Positions 50,441-60,846 of a DNA stretch of 64,000 nt are shown piece by piece. Numbering within the stretch: the first letter of the stretch is position 1; each line of letters starts with the position of its first letter. Below the pieces are notes generated by a model that was given only the letters and a program-made list of their open reading frames with translations, was not told the DNA's origin and searched no databases. The DNA is from Capsulimonadaceae bacterium (GTDB lineage: Bacteria; Armatimonadota; Armatimonadia; Armatimonadales; Capsulimonadaceae): contig OZ244065.1 of the NCBI GenBank assembly GCA_965215505.1, positions 5,632,001-5,696,000 on the forward strand, in the 5' to 3' direction. The position numbers and the translations under genes were made by a program.

Positions 50441-52156
50441 TTAATGCCCGGCGGGCGTCGGCAAGTTCCCCAGCCAGGCGAGGCAGGCCTGGTCGCTCGC
50501 GGCGTCCTTGTTCCGCGCGTACTGCGGCAGGGGCAGGCTGTCCCCGATGGGCGTGAACTCCACGGCCCGTGTGGTCCCGATGTCCCGGACGGTGATGCTG
50601 ATGTGCTGGTCCGGGTCGCCCAGGCGGAACGGCGCGCAGGAGATCACCTCCTGGCCGTCCCTCAGCCCCGCCCAGAAGGCGCGGCTGCCGCGCTTGACGC
50701 CCACGACGGCCTGATGTGCCATCGTCGCCTCGCCGTCAAACCCAAGCTCGAACTGCGGCCTCTTGACCGTCCGCAGCGCGAATCCGGGGCCGAGGGCGCA
50801 CGGGTCGGGGGAGAAGGTCTCGCCGTTCTCGACGACGCGCGCAAGATCGGCGGCGGGGTCGGCAACGCCGTACTGCCGGAGCGCGGCGGCGACTGAGGCC
50901 GCAGACACGGGGGCGGCGGAGGCTCTGAGGCCCCGCATGACGTCGTCCAGGGAGTGCCCGCCCGACGCCACCGACCGGATCGCCGCGTTCCAATGGGCGG
51001 CCAGCAGCGCGCCCTGCTGGTAGGGGAGCCGGGCGAGCGCCGTGCCCGAGTAGAAGCCGTCCGCCGCCTCGCCCCCTTTGCGGTTGCGGCAGGGCGACTC
51101 GGCGTACTCGCGGAGCAGCGCGTTGGTCTGCTGCGCGTAATCGTCCAGGGAGATCAGGCCCGCCCGCAGCAGCAGCAGGCGCGCGTAGTGGTCGGTGATG
51201 CCCTCGCTGAACCAGAGCAGCGGGGCGTCACCCGCGCGCATCTGGTCGGCATTCCACTCGTGGAACAGTTCATGCGCCAGGACGTGCTTCAGCCCGAAGT
51301 CCAGAGTCCGGCTCTGCGGCTGGTACAGGGCCACGGAATGGGTCAGCTCCACCCCGCCGCCCTCCGTGTCGCCACCCGCCCGCGCGGCCTGTTCTAGCGG
51401 GAGGAGCGTCACCAAGTAATAAGGGAAGTCGTTGTCGTGCCAGAAGTCCCGCTCCGCCGCGACGATGCGCCCGGCGAGGGCCGCGAACTCGCCGTCGGAG
51501 AACTTCCACTTGCCGCGCACGGCGACCATGACCGGCCTGCCGCCCGCCTGCACCGTCTGGATGCGGAAGTCGCCGGCGACATAGACCGTCTCCAGGAACT
51601 TCTCCAAAGCCCCCGTGAACTGCTGGTCGGCCTGCCCCGCGCCCAGGCTGTCACAGAAGGCCCAGCCCGCCGGCAGCTTCCAGTGCAGCGTGACGGCCAG
51701 CGGCCCGCCGTACTGGGCGGGGTAGGCCCAGACGGTCGTGCCGATGAAGTGGAAATCGCTCGCCTGGAGCGTAGGCCGGAAGTACGCGCCGGGCTGACTC
51801 GAACGGGTTTCCGCGTCCGGCGCGACCTCATAATGCAGGCGCACGGCCTGGCCGGGTGCGAACGTCACTTGCTTGACGTCCGGCGCGTCCGTGTCCGCCA
51901 GGGTGACGCCGGGCGACACGGCGGCCAGCCCTTGTATGTTTTTGTCCAGCCCGCGCTGGCCCGAAAAGTGGCTCGGCAGGTACAGCCGCGTGTGGCCGGT
52001 CGCGTCGCCGGGGAAAGCCAGGTCCACGCTCAGAGTGAGGCCGCCAGCGCGTGGGACGGCCTGCACAGTGTAGGTGAGTTGACTCTGCGCGTCGGCGCAT
52101 AGGGGAGGGAGGAAGAGGGCCAGAAGAAACAACGCGCAAGCAAAGAAAGCTTTCAT
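50441..52156 (-). CDS. Secreted M61-family (M1-like) metallopeptidase with PDZ-like C-terminus
   Basis: Signal peptide; AHELFHEWN, WFSEGITDHY, PYQQG; AGLRDG. Confidence 0.85.
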   Translation of the reverse strand: MKAFFACALFLLALFLPPLCADAQSQLTYTVQAVPRAGGLTLSVDLAFPGDATGHTRLYLPSHFSGQRGLDKNIQGLAAVSPGVTLADTDAPDVKQVTFAPGQAVRLHYEVAPDAETRSSQPGAYFRPTLQASDFHFIGTTVWAYPAQYGGPLAVTLHWKLPAGWAFCDSLGAGQADQQFTGALEKFLETVYVAGDFRIQTVQAGGRPVMVAVRGKWKFSDGEFAALAGRIVAAERDFWHDNDFPYYLVTLLPLEQAARAGGDTEGGGVELTHSVALYQPQSRTLDFGLKHVLAHELFHEWNADQMRAGDAPLLWFSEGITDHYARLLLLRAGLISLDDYAQQTNALLREYAESPCRNRKGGEAADGFYSGTALARLPYQQGALLAAHWNAAIRSVASGGHSLDDVMRGLRASAAPVSAASVAAALRQYGVADPAADLARVVENGETFSPDPCALGPGFALRTVKRPQFELGFDGEATMAHQAVVGVKRGSRAFWAGLRDGQEVISCAPFRLGDPDQHISITVRDIGTTRAVEFTPIGDSLPLPQYARNKDAASDQACLAWLGNLPTPAGH

Positions 52157-52276
52157 GGGCGGTTCCTGCCTTCAGTGGCAATGGCGGCGACACGGATTGT
52201 CGCCGCCACTCATTCTACCATGATTCATCCGCCGCCGCCAGCGCCCGTTCCAGCCTGGCAGAGCGATGGCATATAG

Positions 52277-52368
52277 AGGGCAGGCACGGGACAAAGGGCA
52301 GGCACGGGGGCCTGCCCCTACATGATCATGCCCGGTCCTCGGTAGGGGCAACCCCCTGTGGTTGCCCT
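52277..52368. repeat. GTAG-type REP pair
   Basis: Revcomp GTAGGGGCAGGC-CCCCGT-GCCTGCCCT (52295-52321); GTAGGGGCAACC-CCCTGT-GGTTGCCCT (52342-52368); partial copy 52277-52290. Confidence 0.8.
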
Positions 52369-53304
52369 TCAAACGCGGATGGCGGCTAGAAGAGCGGCGT
52401 TCGCCATGGCACCCTCCCAGCCCTCGTCGTTGTCTTCGACGCCCCACACGGCGGACAGCACGGCCTGGGCGACTGCCCACCCCCGCACCCGTGCCCGGTC
52501 TAGTTCCAATTCCTCCGCCAACTGATGCGCCCGGCGTTCCAGCAGCCGGGCAGGGTCCCGATGCGCGTGCCGGTCCGGCCATAGGTTCCGCAGCAGTGCG
52601 CCGACTTCATAGGCCGGCTCGCCGACCAGCCCCTTGGGGTCAATCGCCAGCCAGGGCGAACGCCCGGCGGACAGGATGTTGTCGTGGTGCAGGTCCCCGT
52701 GCAGCAGGACGGGCGGCGCGCTCGAAGCCAGAAGCTCGGCGAAGAGTGTTTCGGATTCCTCCACCTGCGCTCGGGGCAGCGGGCCGGTGCCGCCGCCGAA
52801 ACGCTCCCGCAGGCGCGCAAAGCCCTGGCCCCAATCCGCCACCGTAGGGAACTCATGGCCGGACGGGGCGGGGCACCACAGGCCGCGCATGACGGAGGCG
52901 GCGATGGCGGTGGCTCCGTCATCGCGCGCCTCGTCGGCCAGCGTTGTCAGTACCGCCCCCGGACGCAGCCGCTCCAGCAGAAGCAGTCCTGCGTCGGCCC
53001 CAGATTCCAGCAGGCGAACGCTGCCCCGACCGTCGAAGGCGCGCAGGGCGGCGGCCTCAGTCCGCAGCTCTTTGTTGGGGACGCCGACCTTCAGCACGGC
53101 CTCGGTTCCGTCCGCCCGGAGCGCGGGCGTGACGTAGTTGAAGGTCAGGTTGGGGAAGGGCGGGGCGAGCGTCAGGGACCAGCGCCGGGCGCAGTCGTCC
53201 AAAAGGCCGGGCAGATCGCGGAGCCACGCCCGGCCCGGCTCGCCCCAGGTGGAGCTGACCGTCTGCTTGAACCGCCCCGGCAGAGCCGGCCCCTCTGCCT
53301 CCAT
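52369..53304 (-). CDS. APH(6)-like aminoglycoside/hydroxyurea resistance kinase family protein
   Basis: AVLKVG, LLLERL, LLHGDLHHDNIL, AIDPKGLVGEPAYE. Confidence 0.88.
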   Translation of the reverse strand: MEAEGPALPGRFKQTVSSTWGEPGRAWLRDLPGLLDDCARRWSLTLAPPFPNLTFNYVTPALRADGTEAVLKVGVPNKELRTEAAALRAFDGRGSVRLLESGADAGLLLLERLRPGAVLTTLADEARDDGATAIAASVMRGLWCPAPSGHEFPTVADWGQGFARLRERFGGGTGPLPRAQVEESETLFAELLASSAPPVLLHGDLHHDNILSAGRSPWLAIDPKGLVGEPAYEVGALLRNLWPDRHAHRDPARLLERRAHQLAEELELDRARVRGWAVAQAVLSAVWGVEDNDEGWEGAMANAALLAAIRV

Positions 53305-53316
53305 CCCTGCCCCCCC

Positions 53317-54423
53317 CTACTCGTCCAGCGTGCCGAACGGCAGGCCGATGGGCATGGCGGCGGGGCGCTCGTAGGGCGCGGAGAGTGTGTACGCCCGGCC
53401 CGACTGCGAGGAGTCGAGGAAGCCCTGCATGGCGTCCAGCACGGCGTAAGCCTGCTCGCCACTCGCCCGGTGCGCGCGCCCCGACCGGATGGCGTAGGCC
53501 ATGTCGGCGACGCCCACCATGCGGCCGTAGCCAGTCGGGAAGGCGGGCGGAACGTCCTCAAAGCCGCCGCCCGTGTTGACCTGGACCGTGCCGTCGAAGC
53601 CGTTGGGGTCGGGCACTTTCAGCGTGCCCTCCGTGCCGTAGACCGTGATCGGGAACTGGCTGTCGTACTGGGCATGGCCGGTGGCGAACGAGGTGATGAT
53701 CGTCCCGAGCGCGCCCCCTCCGAACTCCATCGTGCCGGCGATATGGTCGGGCGTCGTTACTTTAATTTCTTTGCCGTGGAGGGGCTGACTCGTGATGACC
53801 CGGTCAGGGATGGCGATGCTCGCCGCGCCGGTCAGGCGCTTCAAAGGTCCGAGCAGGTTGAAAAGGGCGGTCAAATAGTACGGCCCCATGTCGAACATCG
53901 GGCCGCCGCCGGGCTGATAGTAGAACTCCGGGCTGGGGTGCCACGATTCGTGCCCTCGGCCCATCATGAAGGCCGTGAAGGCGACGGGCCGGCCGATGGC
54001 CCCGTCGTCTATCACTTTACGCGCCGTCTGGATGCCCGCCCCCAGGAACGTGTCCGGCGCGCAGCCGACTCGGAGGCCTTTGGCGGACGCCTCGGCCAGC
54101 AGCGTCTGCGCCTCGGCCCGGTCCAGGCCCAGCGGCTTCTCGGCGTAGGTGTGTTTCCCCGCGGCGATGGCCCGGCGGGCGAGAGGGATGTGGGCCTGGG
54201 GGATCGTCAGATTGAGGACGATCTCGATCTCAGGGTGTGCCAGCAGCTCCTCGACGGTGAGTACCTGCGGGACGCCGAACTTCTCGGCCTGCGCCCGCGC
54301 CTTTTCCCCGTCCAGGTCGGCGCAGGCGACGACCTCCAAAATAGGGAACACGGGGGCATGGCTGAAATAGGCACCGCTGATGTTGCCGCAGCCGATCACG
54401 CCGACTTTGACGGGATGAGTCAT
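53317..54423 (-). CDS. Gfo/Idh/MocA oxidoreductase
   Basis: VGVIGCGNIS, GKHTYAEKP, GCAPDTFLG, GGGPMFDMGPYY. Confidence 0.92.
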   Translation of the reverse strand: MTHPVKVGVIGCGNISGAYFSHAPVFPILEVVACADLDGEKARAQAEKFGVPQVLTVEELLAHPEIEIVLNLTIPQAHIPLARRAIAAGKHTYAEKPLGLDRAEAQTLLAEASAKGLRVGCAPDTFLGAGIQTARKVIDDGAIGRPVAFTAFMMGRGHESWHPSPEFYYQPGGGPMFDMGPYYLTALFNLLGPLKRLTGAASIAIPDRVITSQPLHGKEIKVTTPDHIAGTMEFGGGALGTIITSFATGHAQYDSQFPITVYGTEGTLKVPDPNGFDGTVQVNTGGGFEDVPPAFPTGYGRMVGVADMAYAIRSGRAHRASGEQAYAVLDAMQGFLDSSQSGRAYTLSAPYERPAAMPIGLPFGTLDE

Positions 54424-54506
54424 GGGGAATGGTCCTTCAGTGCAATGAGATGGAGCCTAGTTCGTCATGCCGGGCGCGATTCCTGCGCGATCTGTCCCTC
54501 TGGCAC

Positions 54507-55673
54507 TCAGCCCGGCGGCGTCAGCGTCAGGTCCGCGATGACCGGGCAGTGGTCCGAGCCGACCGCATTCCCGACCCAGCACCGCTCGACCCGCCACCGG
54601 CGGCCCGCGAGGATGTGGTCAATGCGGGTGTAAGGCGCTCGGACGCGGGTATAGCCGCCGTAGGTGTAGCCGTAGCCGAAGCCAGCCTCCGAGAAGGCGT
54701 CCCGCAGGCCCGCGCCGAACAGGCGGCGGCAGGCCAGCGACTGCACCGGCGCGTTCAGGTCGCCCGTCACCAGCGTCGGCCCCGTCTCCGCGCCGACATA
54801 GTCGGCCAGACGCCCCGCCTCGGACAGCCGTTGCTGCGCGTTCTCCTGCATCCCCCCGGCCTGCCGGTGCCGCACCGAGAGCAGCCCCGTCCGGGGCGAC
54901 AGCAGGTGGACGTTGTAGACGGCGACCGCGGCCCCGCCGACCCGAAGCACGGAGCGGAGGCAGTGGCTCTGGGAGCCGGGGGAGGAAATGTCCCGGACCT
55001 CCACGGCGGACAAGGGGAGGCGACTCGCGACCAGATATTGGTCATCCACATGCACGTTCCAGCCGGCCAGCGCCTTGCCGACGACGCCGCCCATCACGCC
55101 GTCCGCGTCCTGCATCTGGATCAGGCCCGGCTTGAAGGCGGCGATGTCGCGGGCGACGGCACCCGCGTCGCGGGAGCCGCCCTTGACGTTGTAAGTCATC
55201 ACCCGCAGGTGCCCCGGCCCGGCGGGCGGGTCGCCCGGCGACGCGGGCCAGCCCCAGTGCCAGCACAGCCCCATGACCGGCCCCAGCACCCACACCAGGG
55301 CCGCCAGCGGCACCCAGGTCAGGCGGCGGGCGAGGGCCCACGTCAGCGGCACCAGGACGGCGGCGGGCAGCGCCCACAGCCACTGGGGCAGGTAGAGGTT
55401 GAAACTGCCCGGCCACCACCGCTCCGGCCCCGCCGCGTCCGTCAGCCACAGGGCCAGCAATGCCAGGAGGAAGGCCAGGTTGAGCAGGAAGACCGCCCCC
55501 TGACGCCGCCCCTTCGGGGCCGCCGCGCGGAGCCACCTGCCGGGCAGGGACGTCCTGACGTCCCGCGCCCCGACCAGCGTCTCCTGGCAGTTGCTGCACC
55601 GATACAGGCCCTTTCCCTGCGGCGTGTCGGGCAGGCGGTTCTTACGTCGGCAGTGCGGGCATTGGATGATCAT
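54507..55673 (-). CDS. Membrane-anchored endonuclease/exonuclease/phosphatase (EEP) protein with N-terminal zinc ribbon
   Basis: CPHC...CSNC; three TM segments; RVMTYNV, NVHL, GDLN, RIDHIL, SDHCPV. Confidence 0.85.
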   Translation of the reverse strand: MIIQCPHCRRKNRLPDTPQGKGLYRCSNCQETLVGARDVRTSLPGRWLRAAAPKGRRQGAVFLLNLAFLLALLALWLTDAAGPERWWPGSFNLYLPQWLWALPAAVLVPLTWALARRLTWVPLAALVWVLGPVMGLCWHWGWPASPGDPPAGPGHLRVMTYNVKGGSRDAGAVARDIAAFKPGLIQMQDADGVMGGVVGKALAGWNVHVDDQYLVASRLPLSAVEVRDISSPGSQSHCLRSVLRVGGAAVAVYNVHLLSPRTGLLSVRHRQAGGMQENAQQRLSEAGRLADYVGAETGPTLVTGDLNAPVQSLACRRLFGAGLRDAFSEAGFGYGYTYGGYTRVRAPYTRIDHILAGRRWRVERCWVGNAVGSDHCPVIADLTLTPPG

Positions 55674-55747
55674 ACAGATCGCACGAGGTATATGGTCATT
55701 TCACCGAGGATATGAGCAGGCGGCGCTAGCGGGATGTGTGGTTCGTC

Positions 55748-55776
55748 TTGATTTTTCAATGTTTACTGCCCATAAT
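55748..55776 (+). promoter_or_regulatory. Sigma70-type promoter pointing at the 3' end of the DUF3800 gene
   Basis: TTGATT-N17-CATAAT; no plus-strand protein gene follows. Confidence 0.55.
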
Positions 55777-55781
55777 AGTAG

Positions 55782-55820
55782 CGGAGGCTTTGGGGCGCGC
55801 AAGCGCAACATTGCCTTTTC
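55782..55820 (+). ncRNA. Candidate small hairpin RNA convergent with DUF3800
   Basis: GGAGGC-UU-UG-GG-GCGC-GCAA-GCGC-AA-CA-UU-GCCUUU-U: GNRA loop, symmetric internal loops; abuts the DUF3800 stop. Confidence 0.5.
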
Positions 55821-56705
55821 CTATTCCTCCCTATCCTCTCTCGCCCGCAGATCAGAAATCACCGCGAAACTCCATATCGTGTAATCCGGTATGCCATCCA
55901 CTTCCCGCGCGGTCCGATACCTAAGCCGCATTACCTGTTCCGCAAGCCCGTTCATCTCCGAGCGCGCGGCCTGCTTCATTCCTGACACCCGCACTCCCCA
56001 CGAGACGATATACGCTACAAGGTCTGCCAGTTGTATCCCGGTGGTAAGATCGCTGTGTACAAAGAACGGTTCGGGAACGATCTGACCAGACCGTTGCCTT
56101 CCTTTGGCAGTGAACTTGAAGTAACGGTCCATTTGGCTCAATAAAACATGGCTTTGACTCTTTTCAAGCTCATCAAACACAATGATTCCTGATGGAGACG
56201 CCTCCTTGTCTTCTAGGAAGTAATAGAAGCGTTCGAACAGATAGGCGTAATCTTTGCGGAGGTGGCTGTGACTTGGGCGTGGGGAGTCCTTACCAACGAT
56301 GCTGGCAAAAGCTTTGCAACGGTAACAAGCGCAAATGTCCAGCAGATCACTGACGTAGGCTAGCTTTGCCTGCGCCAGTCCAGCAAGCTCTTGCCGTCCT
56401 GCGGTTTCACCTGATTCCGGAGCCGACTTCGCCATATCCCGCCGCTCTTCTACTGGAAAAGGCGGTAGCATGGAAGCTAATTTGTAGGTCTTCGTCTTCA
56501 GCAGCTTTTTAGCTTTCAGTTCCCGCTCGCCATCACTATATCGTGTTCCAAAATGCCTGACTTCGGCTTCCTGCAAACTCTGAATCAGGTTCCATAGGTC
56601 GCGGTCCTCAACTGCCACACCTGCCAACACCTCACACGACGATTCGCGGTGATCCTGTCCGCTCTCATCGACAAAAAGAAAGCCATACCTGACTACACAC
56701 CCCAT
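55821..56705 (-). CDS. DUF3800 family protein
   Basis: FLFVDESG, IIVFDE, IQLADLVAY; visibly lower GC than the flanks. Confidence 0.85.
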   Translation of the reverse strand: MGCVVRYGFLFVDESGQDHRESSCEVLAGVAVEDRDLWNLIQSLQEAEVRHFGTRYSDGERELKAKKLLKTKTYKLASMLPPFPVEERRDMAKSAPESGETAGRQELAGLAQAKLAYVSDLLDICACYRCKAFASIVGKDSPRPSHSHLRKDYAYLFERFYYFLEDKEASPSGIIVFDELEKSQSHVLLSQMDRYFKFTAKGRQRSGQIVPEPFFVHSDLTTGIQLADLVAYIVSWGVRVSGMKQAARSEMNGLAEQVMRLRYRTAREVDGIPDYTIWSFAVISDLRAREDREE

Positions 56706-56872
56706 TTAGTAATACCCGACCAAGATTACAGCAATGCTGTTGTGCCGTAAGTTCTTTGCCTGCAACGTCTATTCCTGCTCTCCCTCTGCTGGGCTAAGGC
56801 GTCGCAAGGAAAACCCGCTGTTACATTCGTCCCTGTTCCGGGAACAATGCCCGTAGATGTTTTGTTAAGAAG

Positions 56873-56936
56873 GTTGACAATGCCGCGCTCAACTGATATA
56901 ATAAGCGGCGGCAGGATTAAAAAGCAATTACTCAAG
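56873..56936 (+). promoter_or_regulatory. dnaK promoter with HAIR-like (HspR) operators
   Basis: TTGACA(56874)-N17-TATAAT(56897); GTTGACA-N7-GCTCAAC (56873-56893); ATTAAAA-N7-ACTCAAG (56916-56936). Confidence 0.7.
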
Positions 56937-56950
56937 CATGAACACCATAA

Positions 56951-58831
<1,881 letters not shown>

Positions 58832-58920
58832 CATGCGCTTTGGCCCGGCACCTATGGTGCCGGGCCATCCTGCCCCCTTGGGGGCATCAACAACACACCA
58901 CACTTGGAGGAAAACCGACA

Positions 58921-59379
58921 ATGCCGACAAACATCGTTCGTTTCGATCCTTTTGAGGACATGGCCCGCTTGCAGCGGGAAGTGAACCGCCTGTTCGACGA
59001 CAGCAGCCGCCCAACAGGCCGGGGCGGGGGCGAACTCGCCCCCGCCCGGACCTGGGCACCCGCCGTGGACATCTTCGAGGACCGCGAGGGCATCACGGTC
59101 CGGGCCGATCTGCCCGGCCTGCGCCTGGAAGACATCGACATCGAGCTGACCGGCGACACGCTCACCCTGAAGGGCGAGCGCAAGTTCGAGGACACGCAGC
59201 GCAAGGACGGCTACGTCCACGTCGAGCGCGCCTACGGACAGTTCCGGCGGACGTTCACCATCGGCTCTCCCGTCCGCAACGACGCCGTGAAGGCGTCGTA
59301 CAAGGACGGCATCCTGGAAGTGTACCTGCCCAAATCCGAGGAGACCAAGCCGAAGAAGGTACAGGTCTCAGCCGGGTAG
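58921..59379 (+). CDS. Hsp20/alpha-crystallin small heat-shock protein
   Basis: RFDPF, PAVDIFE, DLPG, ERAYGQFRR, ASYKDGILEV; GGAGG RBS. Confidence 0.95.
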   Translation: MPTNIVRFDPFEDMARLQREVNRLFDDSSRPTGRGGGELAPARTWAPAVDIFEDREGITVRADLPGLRLEDIDIELTGDTLTLKGERKFEDTQRKDGYVHVERAYGQFRRTFTIGSPVRNDAVKASYKDGILEVYLPKSEETKPKKVQVSAG

Positions 59380-59391
59380 GCGGCACAAAGC

Positions 59392-59430
59392 AAGGGCGGC
59401 GCGGGATAGTCCCGCGCCGCCCTTTTGTTT
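59392..59430 (+). terminator. Terminator of dnaK-hsp20
   Basis: AAGGGCGGCGCGGGA-TAG-TCCCGCGCCGCCCTT-TTGTTT. Confidence 0.85.
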
Positions 59431-59439
59431 GTACCCGCA

Positions 59440-59862
59440 CTATGTCGACCAGTCTTCCGCTCGCAATCCGGGAACTCTGCCGAAATCCTTCATGTTGCGC
59501 GTCAGCAGCGTCGCGCCGTTCGCTAGGCAGGTCGCGGCGATCTTCAAGTCCATCGCACCGATGCGGACACGCTCGTGACGCGAACGCTCGAACTCAGCGG
59601 AGGCTGCCGCATCATAGTCAATCAGTGGGATGCGGCGGAAGTGTTCCACGAACAGCCGAAGTTTCCGGTAGGCTTCCACCTGACGTGACGGACCGTTGGC
59701 CTGGGCGACGTAGCTTAACCACCCGCGCATTTGTTCTTCATAGGTGATGATGGACACCGCGACTTCTCCCGGAGGCACACCCGCAAGGCGTCTGCCGATG
59801 TTAAAAGCCGCCATCGTGTCTTGGTCAACGAGGCTGAGGTGGTCGGTGTCGAGGATGAGCAT
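59440..59862 (-). CDS. vapC: VapC PIN-domain toxin
   Basis: ILDTDHLS, ITYEEQMRGW, GAMDLKIAA, LLTRNMKDF..VPGL..EDW. Confidence 0.9.
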   Translation of the reverse strand: MLILDTDHLSLVDQDTMAAFNIGRRLAGVPPGEVAVSIITYEEQMRGWLSYVAQANGPSRQVEAYRKLRLFVEHFRRIPLIDYDAAASAEFERSRHERVRIGAMDLKIAATCLANGATLLTRNMKDFGRVPGLRAEDWST

Positions 59863-59870
59863 CAACCCCC

Positions 59871-60077
59871 CTAATCGTCCTTTGGTCGCAGCGACTCCCG
59901 GTACTCACGGCCAAGACGCATGGCCTCATCGTAGTCAGGGTCATTTTTGAAGGTCCCGCGTATCTGCTCCCACCAGGGACGAGTGTCCTGGGAGGCTGTG
60001 GCACCGTGCTTCTGTTCGAGTTGTTCCAGTTTTGTTTCTAACTTTGCGACGCGCTCCTCCAGCGATGCTATTGCCAT
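59871..60077 (-). CDS. Putative antitoxin of vapC
   Basis: LEERVAKLE...PWWEQIRGTFKNDPDYDEAMRLGREYR; directly upstream of vapC. Confidence 0.8.
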   Translation of the reverse strand: MAIASLEERVAKLETKLEQLEQKHGATASQDTRPWWEQIRGTFKNDPDYDEAMRLGREYRESLRPKDD

Positions 60078-60131
60078 GATTCCATACCTCGTGATGAGAA
60101 TAAAACCATTATACCCGGACCGAGCAACGCA

Positions 60132-60791
60132 ATGAGGAACGGCTTTTTGCTACTCCTGATCGGCGCCGGGCAGATCGCGCTGGCGAAACTGTACCCTCGT
60201 GCCGCATGGCTGCTGGTCTGGTCCGGCCTGAGCTTTTTGATCGTCGCGGTGGCCTATGCACTTCAAACGCCACGTGTGTTCGGGAAGCGGGTGGACGGGA
60301 CGCTGGCGTGGGAGCCGTGTGTTCTGCTGCTGCCGTACCTGCTGCTCACCTGGCTGCTCTGGTACTGTCAGACCTGCCTTTCACGGGAAGCCGTCTGCAA
60401 CGAGGTCGCGCCGGGGCTATGGCTCGGACGCCGTGTGGGTGCCGTGGAATTGCCGCCGGCCGTCACGCTGGTGATTGATCTGACTTCAGAGTTCGGCGAG
60501 CCGTTTGGCCTGCGAACGGGCCACGCTTATCTCTGCCTGCCCGCACTGGATAACGCGGCCCCCAACCCAACTGCGTTCAGGGAGGCTGTTCAGAAAGCCG
60601 CCTCCTGGGAAGGGACGATCTACGTTCATTGTGCGCTCGGGCACGGCCGCTCCGCGCTGGTGGCTGCCGCTGTCTTGATGGCCCGTGGCCTTGCTGCCGA
60701 CCCGGAAGAGGCGTTCGCGCGAGTGAGGCAGGCGCGGCCTGCCGTCAGGCTGAACCGCGATCAGGAAGCGTTCCTGAGAAAGCGGGCGTGA
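60132..60791 (+). CDS. Membrane-anchored dual-specificity (CX5R) phosphatase
   Basis: N-terminal TM segments; YVHCALGHGRSA. Confidence 0.88.
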   Translation: MRNGFLLLLIGAGQIALAKLYPRAAWLLVWSGLSFLIVAVAYALQTPRVFGKRVDGTLAWEPCVLLLPYLLLTWLLWYCQTCLSREAVCNEVAPGLWLGRRVGAVELPPAVTLVIDLTSEFGEPFGLRTGHAYLCLPALDNAAPNPTAFREAVQKAASWEGTIYVHCALGHGRSALVAAAVLMARGLAADPEEAFARVRQARPAVRLNRDQEAFLRKRA

Positions 60792-60801
60792 GACAGGCAT
60801 G

Positions 60802-60833
60802 AAAAAGGGCGGCGCGGATCACCGCGCCGCCCT
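60802..60833 (-). terminator. Terminator of the LEA-like operon; same 12-bp stem as the hairpin at 59393
   Basis: AAAA-AGGGCGGCGCGG-ATCA-CCGCGCCGCCCT. Confidence 0.8.
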
Positions 60834-60846
60834 CCCTATGCCGGCC

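Noticed and set aside
52369-53304. Acquired streptomycin resistance gene (strB)
   Set aside because: Only family-level kinase motifs, host-like codon usage and no resistance-cassette context; substrate unknown.
56672-56705. Possible frameshift at the DUF3800 start (out-of-frame ATG just before FLFVDESG, next to a T run)
   Set aside because: An in-frame ATG at 56705 gives an intact ORF; undecidable without homolog alignment or reads.
56834-56846. TGTTCC-G-GGAACA palindrome between DUF3800 and dnaK
   Set aside because: The N3 spacing does not fit LexA boxes I know and no second copy was seen.
60783-60802. Very short stop echoes (phosphatase GCG TGA/GCA TGA; GH27 GAT TAG GAC TGA; DUF433 GCT TGA/GCC TAA)
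   Set aside because: Only about 6 nt each; consistent with the echo pattern but not significant alone.
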